NCBI GenBank assembly: GCA_964199315.1
Contig: OZ116702.1
Coordinates: 11,656,001-11,720,000, forward strand
Source of the DNA: Orbicella franksi
Taxonomy: Eukaryota
Direction of reading: 5' to 3'
DNA: 64,000 nucleotides
Below, piece after piece: positions 1 to 12,607 of the stretch. Under the pieces are notes generated by a model that saw only the letters and a list, made by a program, of their open reading frames with translations, ran no database searches and was not told where the DNA came from. The translations under genes and the position numbers were made by a program. Position 1 is the stretch's first letter, and each line of letters opens with the position of its first letter.

Positions 1-1733
1 TGTATGAAAAAACCATTGTCAAATGAGCTAAAAGTATACAATGTATATGTATTTTGTTTTAGTTGCTATAATTGTTTGTTCTCATAATCATTTTCACTCT
101 ATATGTATTTTTTTCCTTTCACAATGGAGAACATGAATCTTCTCACCAGTCAATAAGAACATAAACAAGTGGCAAATCACAGTGTCAGACATTGTCTAAC
201 TGTTATCACTCCTAACTTTTTTGGAGATGGCAAATGATACAGCAAGAGCATTTTATTGTTATAAAAGAAACAGAAAGAGCAATGAAATGAACTAGTTCAT
301 TTGATTGTGTCCTCAGTGTGCCTGCTTGAGTGGTGACAGCAGTCTTATAGCATACATGATAAATAAAGGTGTGTTCATTTCATGCTTCATTGAAATATGT
401 AGAATAATTAACACAGAGTAAATGTAACAAATTCATCAGCTCCAAAGCTAGGCAACCTCAGTTCAAAGCTTCTGATATTCTGTGATGGTGCAATTTTGTA
501 GAATCGACCTAAAATCGCAACAAATCACATAATTCAAGAAAAATAGCAAAATTTGTACGAAGTCTCTCAATTTGAGGGAAAAAAGGAAATTTTTGCTTTG
601 CCTTAAGTTCTTCAACAATTTAAACGTTATTTTAAAGTGTTTTACCTTTCAAAAGACCTCGAAAACCTTCTGCAAGCAGTGGTTCGACAAACAAACAAAC
701 AAACAAACAGGCATTCTACGTGTACATGTAGTTTTACGTGTCGGGACATGGTGCTAGTTTACGCCATAGTTCATTGGCACAGATTAAACAATCTTTTTCA
801 GTATATAGACCAATCACAATCATTGATATATTCTCTGAAGGTGTTATTTGATCCCCATATTTTCAATGAAAGTATTATCATAAAGTGCTCGATAGTCACT
901 TGCAGGATGTAGTTATTTTCGTCTGACTTGAGACAGACATCCTAATGGATAAGTTTGTTAAATCGCTGAGTGCTTCTTAAATCATAAGAGTAAAAACGAT
1001 TGCACCTCCCTGTAAATGTTAAATACTATTAAAATTCATAGTATTAATAATTGATAATATTAATAATTAATAATATTAATAGTAAATTGGCTAAGTTGGG
1101 CATCTCCAAATAATGAGGCAACAGATGATCTATTTCAGATGTTTTTGTTATTCCTTTATGCTCAAATAGGGTCTTGGACAGCAAAAAATGGGTTGTGCTC
1201 ATCTGAGACCAAATAAAACAATGTTAGATTAGTTAAAAAGATATTGCATAATTCGCTGCATAATAGACCTTTCTTGCCACATAATGTGCCTTGAAAGTTC
1301 CACATAATTTACTAAAAATTTTTGCAGAATATCAGACGTCCTGTCAGTTGTGCGGCCTGTCCATCAAATATATCCTTGGATCTGAATACTCTACAGTAGC
1401 CTGTCTAATGACTTTGAATTACTGAAATGACTTAATTGAAAAAAAAATGAAAGAAAACTGGTTTCAGGTTTTCTCATTGGAAAACTGGAGCCGCATGTAT
1501 TGTGTGCAGTTTCACAGTCCTTTCTCAAATTGTGGCCTTAAATCACTGATTTTCGTTATTGTAAGATATTATAATAGGTTTACGAATTGTCCTAACTCAT
1601 AGACACAACTAACACAGATTTGCCTTAGGTAGGTACAAGAAATGGAGAAGAAAATTCATTATCACTTTTTCCATTTGTTCAGTACATTGTATGGTGTAAA
1701 CATTTTACTGAAGTGTGCTTGTTTCACAAGCAG

Positions 1734-4700
1734 GTGCAGATGTAAATTTGAACACTACTTGCAAAGACAGCCCTCTTCATCTTGCCAGTTTTTGTTGTGC
1801 CACACAAAATGTAACCAATGGCTTTGGAGTTATCACCTCACTGTTGGAAGCAGGTACATTGCAGCTTACACTACTTAAAGTGTGTGCACAGATGCATCCA
1901 TCTGACAATATAAATTAAGGTCTTTTGTAGCCAATATAGCTTGTATTCACATGAACTTGTTGATCAAAACAGTATAGCTTCATAGCCCTGTGTATGCATT
2001 ATACATGTACTCCTGCATGCATTATACATGGATGCCTAAAAAACTAAGTCATATTGGCATCTGATCAGGAGTTGTGTAGTGTAGGCTCACATACATAGAG
2101 TTTACATGCCCTTCATAAATGTACCCCCTGTATGTGAAGTGCACATGAGCTATTGCTCAAGGTGCTACAGTGTAGGTTGCAGTATCTTACAGGCTGGTCT
2201 CAATTATTTGCTCTAAACTTCAAATTAGCAGAGCAACAGTTTGTTTATGTCAAAATTACAGCCACTTACAGTGTAGCAAGCAGTGATGATATCTGAGCAA
2301 TATTAGAACGCTTTTTTTGCAAATTCATAATTGAGATAAACTTGAAAAAAGTGTGCCAATGTTTTTTTTTAAGTTTACCCTTGTGCAGTCAGTTTTAATC
2401 TTCTCTAATTTTACCCATCCATGCCCCTGTTTAGCTTTTCTGTGTTTCGTTTCGGTTCTTCTTCAGTTCCTTATTATAATTCTATGGCCAGTCAGTAAGA
2501 GTTGAAATTCCGAAATATTGGGTGACCTAGCCCCATCAATATGACACTCCTTGCTCCCAAAACATTGTTTTCATGCTGATTTGACATCCCTTTTTGGACA
2601 AAAAGAAATTGTTTCTTAACTTAGTGTTCATTTGTTAGCTTGATACGTTTCCTCACTAATATTGTCACGCATGAAGAAAAGAGAATTTCTAACTGCCATA
2701 TTTATAGGCTTGGAAAGAATGACTTTGACGGTTGGTGAGACTTTCACCCATGTTTTGGGCCGGGTAATCACCTCCAGTAATTGGTCTTCCTCATATGATT
2801 ATTTTTTTATATATAAACACTGTAGCCTGCGAGCAGGCTCACCTTTGAGTCACGCGCGCTAGCGGCGAAGAGCAAAGCGATGCGACGGGAGGAGTTTGGT
2901 GAGGAGGCGTCTCGCGGCTACGCCGCGCGCGCTTGTGCTCCAACGTGAGCCTGCTCGCAGGCTATAAACACTGCAGTAACCCGTCCGTTTTCAAATAATG
3001 TTCAAATAATTGATATTTGGCGCCTCGGTCAGCTGTTTTTCTCCATCTTTTATCATCATGGTGGGGGGGGGGGGGGGGGTATTTTACTCCGTCTACAAAG
3101 AATGCTTTATCCCTTGTATCTCCTTAGGATGCAACATAAATTCCAAAAACTGGCTCGGTAATACTCCTTTGGCTATTGCTGCATCATCTGGAAAATGCAG
3201 CCTTATCCGTCATTTGATGTCTTTAGGTACGTTTGCCATGTCAGTCATATCGTAAGCGAAAAATGGATGCTGAAAGATATTGCAGAATGCTGCGGTTGCT
3301 TTATTTTTGGCATACTCAAAAAATTCCACAAGATAACCTCAGGACAGTTTTCTACAATAAAATTCAGATGAGGAGCTTAAATCAAGTCACATCGATCGAA
3401 GAGATAGGAAACCAGTTCTGAGAGTGATAAACGGTCGCTGACTTTGCCGGATTATACCTAAGTTAACGGTAGCGTCGTAGAGGCTTTATGTGCCACTTTG
3501 ACATAAAGTGGAGAGGGGAAGGTGAAACGATAGCTTCTGTACTTCGCCTAAAGGTAAAACTATTACGAACTCTTAGGACTGCATTTTTATCAAACAATAT
3601 TTGAAACTACTGAACTTTGAAGGGATTGTTCTCGGGGTTCTCTGTTAGAGTGGTTTTCAACTGACTGTGGTCAAGCCAAAACCGAAGTAGTCACTCTGGT
3701 TAATTACAAAGGACACACTCCTGTAAAGCGATCATAACACGAAGCAACACATCTATTAAGCACAAAGGGCGAGAAAGTGGCTACTTTTTTCCCCCACATT
3801 CAGAAAATTAGACGCCTGCACGTAGGTTTTAGTTGGTTGGATGGCAAACTGGCCCGACTTTTTCAAGCCAATCCTCTAGCGTGGTGATGCAAAACCAAAG
3901 CAAATACATTTTATTGTCGACGCCGAGGTGAAATAATACTTACGTTTTGAATGGTTAGGTGCAGACAAGAGTATTTGCAATAATGACGGAATTTACGCCA
4001 TGGATTTTGCGATAAATGCAGGTAAGTACCGTTACTTTAATGTGTGTGGTACATATACAGAGGTCAGCTTCCTATGGTTCTAGATTCAGTAAACTTTAGA
4101 GAGCTGTTTACGCTTCAGTCCTCTCCGCATTTCATACGCGATTTTTACTAACATGACTAATCCTTCTCCTGCGTTCAATTCAGCCCGCAGTCTTCGCTCA
4201 ATATATCCTGTAAAGTTCCTAAACAAAAACTGTTTCGTATTCATTCTGCATAAAAAGTGTAGCGAACTTCACTTGACCGTTTTTGCGATTGTTTGTTATT
4301 GTTTTTCTCCTTTTCGCGAAGCCTTTACCGCTGAAACTAGATATTTTCCTGTTTATCAGTCAATCCATTCTTAAGCAGCTTACTGAGCTTAGTTTAATAT
4401 CTTGTATTTTGTCAATAAAACTACCTGTTGCCGAGATAACCTTTTATCATCACCTCGCTTCAAGTTTTCAAAATATACTTATCATACTGACGAGAGGGTA
4501 ATATGCGAGGAGAGAATTTATTGTAGCTAAAAGTGCAGGGATTGAACGATATAAGGCTTAGGTATTATTAAAATGCAAACAAAACCTCCAGAGAACATAG
4601 CGCGCGTGTAAGGTATAATTTCGCCCTCGGATATGTAGCGTAGACCGTCTTACATGCAGCTGCAATTCTACCATGTAAAACTATTCAGCGTAAGAGAAAG

Positions 4701-5059
4701 ATCTGTAGTCTGTACTAAATGGACAGGGCATCCTATTTGTTAGATAGCCATTTTGTAAAATAATTGCAAGTGTCTGTCAAGTAAATTTTTGCGACGAAGA
4801 AATCAAGGGTCTCTAAAGAGCGACGTCGATAAATCCACCTGTTTAATTATGCATCGGAATGTACTCGCACTTCTCCACAGGTCATCTTGACGCAGCAAAT
4901 TTGCTGGCTATTGACGTTCCCAACCCACATGTTTGGGACATCGTTGAACCCCATACTCCTCCACGAGTAAAGCTTGGCCTTCAGAGTCCTTCCAAGCAGC
5001 ACTTGGTGTTTTCGTCCTTCCGAAGGAGACGCATGGATTTTAAGACTCTTGCTAAGTAA
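1734..5059 (+). CDS. Ankyrin-repeat protein, 3' part only (upstream exons not identified or outside the window)
   Basis: Four GT-AG exons joined in phase 1: 1734-1853 (GADVNLNTTCKDSPLHLAS...ITSLLEAG), 3128-3226 (99 nt = one 33-aa repeat, GCNINSKNWLGNTPLAIAASSGKCSLIRHLMSLG), 3959-4021 (GADKSICNNDGIYAMDFAINAG), 4881-5059 (HLDAANLLA...RRRRMDFKTLAK*). Typical GADVN / TPLHxA / LLxxG ankyrin motifs. Confidence 0.85.
2823..2964. mobile_element. 142-bp MITE with TAG..CTA ends and 9-bp TSD (AcademH-like non-autonomous element)
   Basis: Perfect 20-bp TIR TAGCCTGCGAGCAGGCTCAC (2823-2842 / 2945-2964), flanked by TAAACACTG at 2814-2822 and 2965-2973. Superfamily call comes only from the end and TSD signature. 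Confidence 0.85.
3646..3942. mobile_element. Degenerate copy of MITE family A (TAGAGCGGTTTTCAA ends)
   Basis: Starts TAGAGTGGTTTTCAA and shares internal CCAATC/AAAACCAAA motifs with the copies at 14447 and 17851; the right end is decayed. Confidence 0.55.
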
Positions 5060-6414
5060 AAGACACGTCATGGTTTGAATTATACGTGGTAATATCAAAT
5101 GTAATAAGGCTGCATAGGGTTGAAGTGCAGTGGATCGTGCGTAATTATGATTGCGTACTATTCAGTTGATGCCGGAAGAGTTCAATCGTTTGACAACACA
5201 ACTAAGATACTCTTCAAGCATTATTTGTGTTGCCACGGTCTTTTTAAGCATTCGCCGGCAACATTCAACCGTTTTACAATGCCCATACAATATCAATTCA
5301 GTTACTTGGCATGTTTCGGCCCGCGCCTTCACACGTTCTTATTGGTTTTGATACCGCTGCCTTGATTGATTTGCTGAGAGTTTTTGTGAAGTAAATAAAA
5401 GGAGAAGTAACATTATACGGATGACAAATTGCGTTGAGTATCCTTTGATGTGTTAATTACTATTTAAAACAAGTAAACGAGTGGCATGGCCAAGGTAAGA
5501 ATGTCCTCGCCTATAATCCATCTTAACATTGTTCAGTTATTGATGCTGAATTAACTCTCCTAAGTTGATCATTTTACCGTCATTACCTGACACTCGTTAG
5601 TACTGTCTACTGACTTCCGCAAAACTTATGGTATGGTTGGATGAATAGCCTATTCGTTAAGAATGCTCCACAATGTGTATCAACTAAAACACTCCCTGCT
5701 TAATACAAATGGTTTCACAGACGCTATTGCCAGTGATCGATGAGTCGGCCTTTTTCGGTTTTCTTATACTCCTGTAGACATTTTTCAAAGAATTTACTGA
5801 GATGATCCGTTTATACTAAGTACGTCCTTTAATTTTCAAGTCATACTCAAGAGAATGTCAATATCATTAAGCAATTGGATGAGGCTGAGTATGATATGGA
5901 GAATCATTGTGCAGACTGAGGAGCTTGTTATGCGCCGAAGCCCAGTCAAGTTCAGTAGCACTATGTCAAGTTTATAACATGAGATACAATAATTTTTCAC
6001 AATATCAGCTCGCTGAGAAATAAATTAAGTTTACAAAGGGATTTTTTCTTCCTTGAAAGTAGTCTTTTAAACGTAACGGCAACCTTGAATGGCTTTTTAT
6101 ATTTATTCTGGCTGGCTTTTTCAGTCAGTATTTCAGCTATTTCGTCCTCGCTAAGCCATTAAGTCTCTTAGCCAATGCCGTCGCCGCTTTCTGTTACGTG
6201 ACGTCATTCGTTCAATATTGGATGAATGACGTGAATGTTTCAAAATTTGCAGCTTCAGAAACAGACATTTCTTGAATCAATATTTAAAAGAAATGGACGC
6301 TGTTTCTGCCAACTGGACGTGCGATAGTTGATTCCATATTATATAGTTTCTATGAAGACGTGACGAATTTTTACGTCGATTCCAGCGCGTAGAAAATTCA
6401 AGAGTTGCGGTTAA

Positions 6415-6788
6415 GGCCCCGTCCACACTATACCTCAAGAATTTGAAAATGGAGGTTTCACTCTGAAAACACGTCAAATATTTTCCGTCTACACTACGCC
6501 GGAGAAATTTGAAAATGCAATAATCACCGGTCATTTTGGATTTGTGTTCGAAGAAGGCTCTGGCAGGGAAATCACAGGATTATCGTGACTTCATCGTTTT
6601 CGAAAAGCTACGTTTTCAAAATGTTTTCCTTCAACATTTAAACGCAAAGCTGGCGTTTTCAAATTCCTCCGGTTTGAGAAGCGTCTTAGAAAAGCTTCGT
6701 TTTTGTGAGGGATTAGTGTAGACAGTAGGCCTAACCGCAGAAATAAAGCTGCGTTTTCAAATTTCTCCGGCGTAGTGTGGACGGGGCC
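6415..6788. mobile_element. PIF/Harbinger-type MITE, 374 bp
   Basis: Perfect 16-bp TIR GGCCCCGTCCACACTA (6415-6430 / 6773-6788), TAA target duplication at 6412-6414 and 6789-6791, and internal sub-terminal repeats (CCGGAGAAATTTGAAAA). Confidence 0.85.
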
Positions 6789-6863
6789 TAAGTTTGGTTC
6801 TTGACTTTCGAGTCATCTATTTCTTTTCGCCAGTTCATCGATCTGTGTGGGAGTGTTTTACTT

Positions 6864-6939
6864 TAGTCTCCTTCGCAGCCGTTATTAGGGTCGAAGGAGC
6901 GTTGCGTGACGACCCTAATAACGGCTGCGAAGGAGACTA
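6864..6939. mobile_element. 76-bp hairpin MITE with TAG..CTA ends and 9-bp TSD (AcademH-like)
   Basis: Perfect 30-bp TIR TAGTCTCCTTCGCAGCCGTTATTAGGGTCG around a 16-nt spacer; GTTTTACTT duplicated at 6855-6863 and 6940-6948. Confidence 0.85.
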
Positions 6940-8573
6940 GTTTTACTTCGGTTTTCCGTTCAAGCATTCAGACTGGTTTCACACCATATAGTTACGCCTC
7001 CAACAAATATGTTAGCAGCGCTGTTAACACTGATGGTTTTCAGACGACTCATCTTAAGTTCAGTTAAGCTTAGAATTTTTTGGATCACGGTTTGCTAAAA
7101 ACCCTTGAGATTTTGGGGTTGGCCCTTCTTACGCGATACGCAAACCACAGAAGACAATCACCACTTATCACCGGAAGACAGTCCTCGTTCTCAATATCTA
7201 TCCTTACTCCACCCATTATTGTTGACGTTTATCGCTCAAAGAGTTCGTGAGAATTTTGGCGGCCACCCGTTTTGAAGAGTCGAAATTCAGGTACGTCGTT
7301 ACGGAAGGTGTGGTACATTCCATTTCTTGTTTCAGTATAACTGATTAACTTAGCTATGTGTGGAATCTGGATCATGTAGTGCAAGTGTTTTTCTTGATCC
7401 TTGAGTCCATTTCAAATAAGGCGACTCGATCCCGTGTAAACTCTTGAATCTACCTCTAAATTATTGTTTCAACGTCTCCCTATTTTTATGTGATTTTAAG
7501 CATGTAGACTCATCGTCAGTTCAGTACGCTTAAGCTTTGTCATTCGAGCTTTCCTACTCGGCTGAAACTTATTGCTGAGACTTAGAATAGAAAGAAAACG
7601 TTTTTATAGAAATACGATATAGGCAGGTCAAATAAGTATAACAACAAAGTTTCCTCATATTGGGAGGAACGGCAAAAGCTTTTTTCAACTTGCTAAATGC
7701 AAACGCTTCTAGTTGCTTGTAAAAAACTGACCACCAACCGCACAATTTATAGATGCGAGCTTTTTTAAAGAAACTCTAACTAATTGTAATTTGTTAGAAG
7801 ATTGTGTTCATACGTTACTTTTTGCTCCTTTCTTTTCGTGTATGGAATTACTTTTCGTTGTCAGAACTCTCCGAAGAAAAGTAATTTAAAACGTTAATCA
7901 TCCAATTGTAAGCCTCGAGACGATCCGTTTGATTTTTGCGGTAAGTCTTTTCTAATTCTGCTAAAAAAACAAAGAGCTTCCTGTCGCGCCCTTGTTGTTT
8001 TCGTTTCTTAAATCTCGTATTTTTTTCTTTAAAAGGAAGAATGTAAACACTTTTCCTCACAAAGTAAAATCCAATTTCGTGTTCATACTCGATGCCGTAC
8101 GTTTCAGTTTTGCACCTACAGCTATCCCTACCAAGAGTACTATCCGAAGAAGAATCGTTTTGAGCAAAAGAAGAGATGTCGGAAAACAATTCAGCTCGAT
8201 TACAGAATGGTGTTTAGAAGCCGTCGGTAAATATTCCCGACTGCAAATACGGGGCAGTTCCGCTCGCATGGACAGTATTTGTTCTTATGTAAATTGCTAA
8301 GACTCAAACACGGGTGTCTGTTACTTTTAAGAGAATTGCTTTTATGCACGCGCTGCTGTGATTGGACGGACGGCGTATTCGTGCTAGAAGGTCATTCAAA
8401 CGTTCCGGCTGATTAATATATGTGAGAATACCAGAGTGACCTCAAAGCCTCTCATGAAATCCCTGCTTCACTGCGCATCTGCATAAATCCTGTAACACCT
8501 GAGCACTCAACACAGACGGATTCACTCCAAGCATTCCTTCAGAGTTTCTTGGATTCCACTGGCATCTGGGACC

Positions 8574-11500
8574 ATGAAGCGAACATTTTGTTTTGTATTC
8601 CTGCTTGTCAATTTTCTATTGGTGGTGAATTGGCAAGGTAAGCCTTTCCTCTTCCTCTTTGAGATGATCGTATGTTTACATTTTATTTTTAGCATTTTAA
8701 AATTTGGCTGAGACTTTGGTTGTAACTTATGCGATACCGCGAGATGCACGAACATTTCTACGAGCATTCTTATCGTCGGTTGTTTCTTCTGTGTAGTGCA
8801 AATGAAAAGTAATCCCAAGTTGTACCGATCGATCGCATGCCCAGATACCAGTGGCGTAAACTGAAATTGTTTAATCAAAAGTTAACCAAAATAAAACTCT
8901 TTGTACGAATCCCGGAAAACCTATAAATGGTCTTCGTCTCTAAGTTAAAAGCCTTCATTTCGTGTTAGAAGTACCCCCCTTCGTATTTGCGAGGAAACTT
9001 CTGCTTATTTCTTGCGCTCGAGCGCGTATTGTCAGTCAACAATCGAATATCAAGTATTATAAAGTAATTGATTTGTCAAATTTACAGCCGATGTCTTTGT
9101 CGCGAGTGGAAAAGTTCGTGCTTGCTTCGTTTTGTGTTAATCGTGAGTCTAACTCAAATATCAACAAAAAGCTCGGCTTAATTGGGCAGCACGCTTTCTT
9201 TGTGAATATTAAATATCTTGCACATACAATTTCCTGAAGTCGACACTAATATCAATATTGTCTCGTTTATCTCTTATCAGGTGTTCAAGCACAACTTGTA
9301 GGTAAGTTGCACAAGTCGAGTAGTAAGTTTTCAGCACTTAATTAGCATCCATTTAGTTAAATCGTCATGCTAGTAAAAGTCAATACTAAACATCCATGGT
9401 GATGAAGTGGGAACGCAAATGCAAGGGAAGGTGTGTAGAATGTGCTAGCAGCTGTAAATAGACTAGGCTGACAGCGGCGGCGGAGGCGTGATTCATTAGC
9501 GTGATAATGTCGGCTGATTGACGTCTGTTTGGTGTTAGTTCTCATCGATACTAGGCGTGTTGCGGTCTTGCGATTGCTGTTGAGGTCGGAGCAAATCATT
9601 TGTAGCTAGGAATACTAAGCCAGTTATTCTCCCGCTTCTTCCGAGACGAGTAGTCCTTGTAGAATGTTACAACAAAGCCTGGAAGAAGGTTACGCGTCTA
9701 TACATGATCTATCGGTATCCCCTGCTCTGATACAGCTGTGAGTTATCTAAAGTGGGATTATAAATTTTGCCAACTTGGTCTCAAATCATTAGAGTATGAC
9801 TAAAATTGGCCACATTATAAATACAGGGAACTTTGAGACCGTGAATGCACATGCAGCATATTTATTTCACTTCTATGGAGGAACATTTAATATTCTTGAA
9901 ACTGATGAAAAAGGGACTGAGAAGCAACCAAAATGTCACTGATTTACAAAGCCCGAAGAGATACTGCTTCAGGTACATTACACCAAACGGAATCGAGTGT
10001 TAAACTTTGAAATAGGGTATGGAAATCATTTATATTGGTCCGAAATAAGAGAAATAACTGCGAGGCAAACCGCCTTCCTAAATTATCAATGGTATTCTCC
10101 GGGCGACTTTGCGAATACTGCTGTTGCTGTTTCTCTTATTATAACTACTTTTTTTCCTGCGTTGCCCGCTTCACTTTCTTGCCCTTCGTGATTTTCAGCA
10201 TAATCATGCATGTTCTTTTTGTCAATATAATTGATCACCGCTAAAAGCTTGTTTATTTCAAAAAAATTGTTATAGCGTTGAGCCCTTAAATGGGGCGGTA
10301 AAAGACCATCGGAGAATCAATTAGCATGTTTGCGCAATTCATTCGAACAGTACTTAACAATTTGGAACAGGAGTTTTAATTTTCAAGAGTAAACGTTTCA
10401 GAATCGGCAAAAAAACAAATTGCCTTAAAAGGAAAAGAAATTTCGCACACGGTGGATTTAAATGTTGACCTCTCGAAGGGGTTATCCAAGAAATGCAATG
10501 TCTTCGAAACATTCGCTATAAATATTTTTCGGTCAATTTCTCCTTCGATTGGGACAGGAGGCGGCGACTGCGTTTGTAGGCTTAGCCCTCTACTTTAAAA
10601 CTTGAGTAAACAGGGCGTAAGTTATCTCAAAGACTATCTATAGTACAAGCCTTTTTGTAAGGAGACTTGCTTAGGTTGATTCGCCGTCTAATTTTGTGTT
10701 ATTTGGGTTTACTTGACGTGCCAACAAACTAAATCGCACCCATAATGTTCTCGTTCAAATGTATTCGTAATCTACAGTAAGCGTGGGAAAGGGACAAGAT
10801 TTTATTTCACATGACTGCGCTAGCCAATAAACCTGTCACGAAGAATTTGAAAACTTTTCAGCACTTCGACCTTTCTTTGTTATCCTTCCATATAGTGAAA
10901 ACAATTTTAGAACACTGCTTGATTCACTTTTGTGTTCAGAGTTGCTCAGCTTCCCGCCTCACCCCAAGAGAAACTCTCGTAAATGCTTTTAACATAACCT
11001 TCGTTCAGCACTGTTGATACAGATAAATCCTCCGTTTTTCAGAAACAATCCTATATTGTTGAAAGATATTGCGAGAATGGCAGAATGCAATCAATTATTT
11101 GAATCTTGATGACTTTGTTTTAATTGCTTTTTCTTTGTTCTTTTTAGCCCCCAGCTGCTGGGCTTTTGTAATAGGATTAGTTAATTTTCCTTCTCTTTTG
11201 TCATTATTTCGTGTGCCCTCTTTTGTAAACTCTGAGCAGTTTTGCAAGCAAATTGTTTTTACATTTTCGGCATTCTATGTTGGAGAAAACGGCAAAGGAG
11301 GCATATTAAAGAACGGTCAAATCAGTCAAAATCAATAAAGTAATTTCGTTTTGTTTCTCACCACTCAAGTTAAACTTGCTCGTCAAAGGACTGTGAAATG
11401 AGATAAAAAAAAATCTCAGGTTACAGCAACAGGCAAAAAGTGTTAGTCTCATCAAGGACGAGGACAGAACTATGGTCTTACATTGGTCTTGAAAACAGCA

Positions 11501-12559
11501 CAAAATGCCTTGTTAGCAAAGTCCGCCACAATGCTTTGTGGAGTTGTGTAGTTATTTTTATTCTTTAAGCAGTAAAGTTAGTATAAACACTCGAGCACGA
11601 CACTCTAAAGGTTATCACGGCGCCATAATTAAAACAGAAATACCTGTAGCGGGCTTGTCAGTCGTTTCCTCGACACGATACGTTATTTTTGTATTATTTT
11701 ATTTTATTTCATTTCATTTCATTTTATTATCATCATCATATTATCATCATCATTATTATTATTATTATTATTGTTATTTATTAATTACTTTTTTTAATGT
11801 GCTAAGTTCGAAACTAAACGGTCCATATCCGCATGTTCTCTTTCAGATGATTGTGGTGGACTTCTTAAAGAGAGGAGCGGCACAATAGAGACACCAAACT
11901 ACCCAAACAACTACCCTGTGGATAAAGTCTGCGCGTGGGTGATAGAAACGCAATCGGGCGATAAAGTTGTACTTACCTTTGAAACGTTTGCTCTTGAAGA
12001 CAATTCTGTTTGCCAGTATGATTATGTCCTTATACGGGACGGTTCGTCGGCTAGAAGCCCGATGGTTGGAAAGTTTTGCGGCACTAGCAGGCCAGCCACT
12101 ATTACTTCCACGGGTAATTTTCTGTGGATTGGTTTCCGATCAGATTCTTCTACTACAAAGATGGGGTTTAAGGCAAGCTGGAAAACAGAAAAGTCTGCCT
12201 CCACCACAGCGGCAACTACAAAGACGTTACCTCCGCCTGTTGTGCCAGAAGGTTTGTAGTATGCTGTTGTATTGTAGAATCCCGCTCGAAAACTGCCTCG
12301 ACTGTAGCTGTGCAAATCAACATAGCAGAATCTAGTGATTTGTCAGGGCACAAGAAAAAATGCAAATAAAAATAAGTGCAGCTATTTATATACTCCATAA
12401 AAGTAATTTTACTCGAAACCTGAACTAGCGAACTTGAAAACAAATCGCAAAACTTAAGCAATGGTACCATGAGTAAAAAACTTCCTTGAAAATCATTATT
12501 TAAAGACGTAATCCTGCATTACTAAATAGAATGATGATGATGATGATGATGACGACGAC

Positions 12560-12607
<48 letters not shown>

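Noticed and set aside
3064-3079. Poly-G run, plus poly-T/(AT)n runs at 33085-33131 and 33624-33648
   Set aside because: Simple homopolymers in non-coding DNA with no further structure; lengths may be sequencing-dependent.
7848-8300. Overlapping 102-113 aa ORFs upstream of the CUB gene
   Set aside because: Low-complexity K/F-rich translations of AT-rich DNA on both strands, with no domain or splice support; probably 5'UTR intron or promoter (possible non-coding donor at 7290 and acceptor at 8542).
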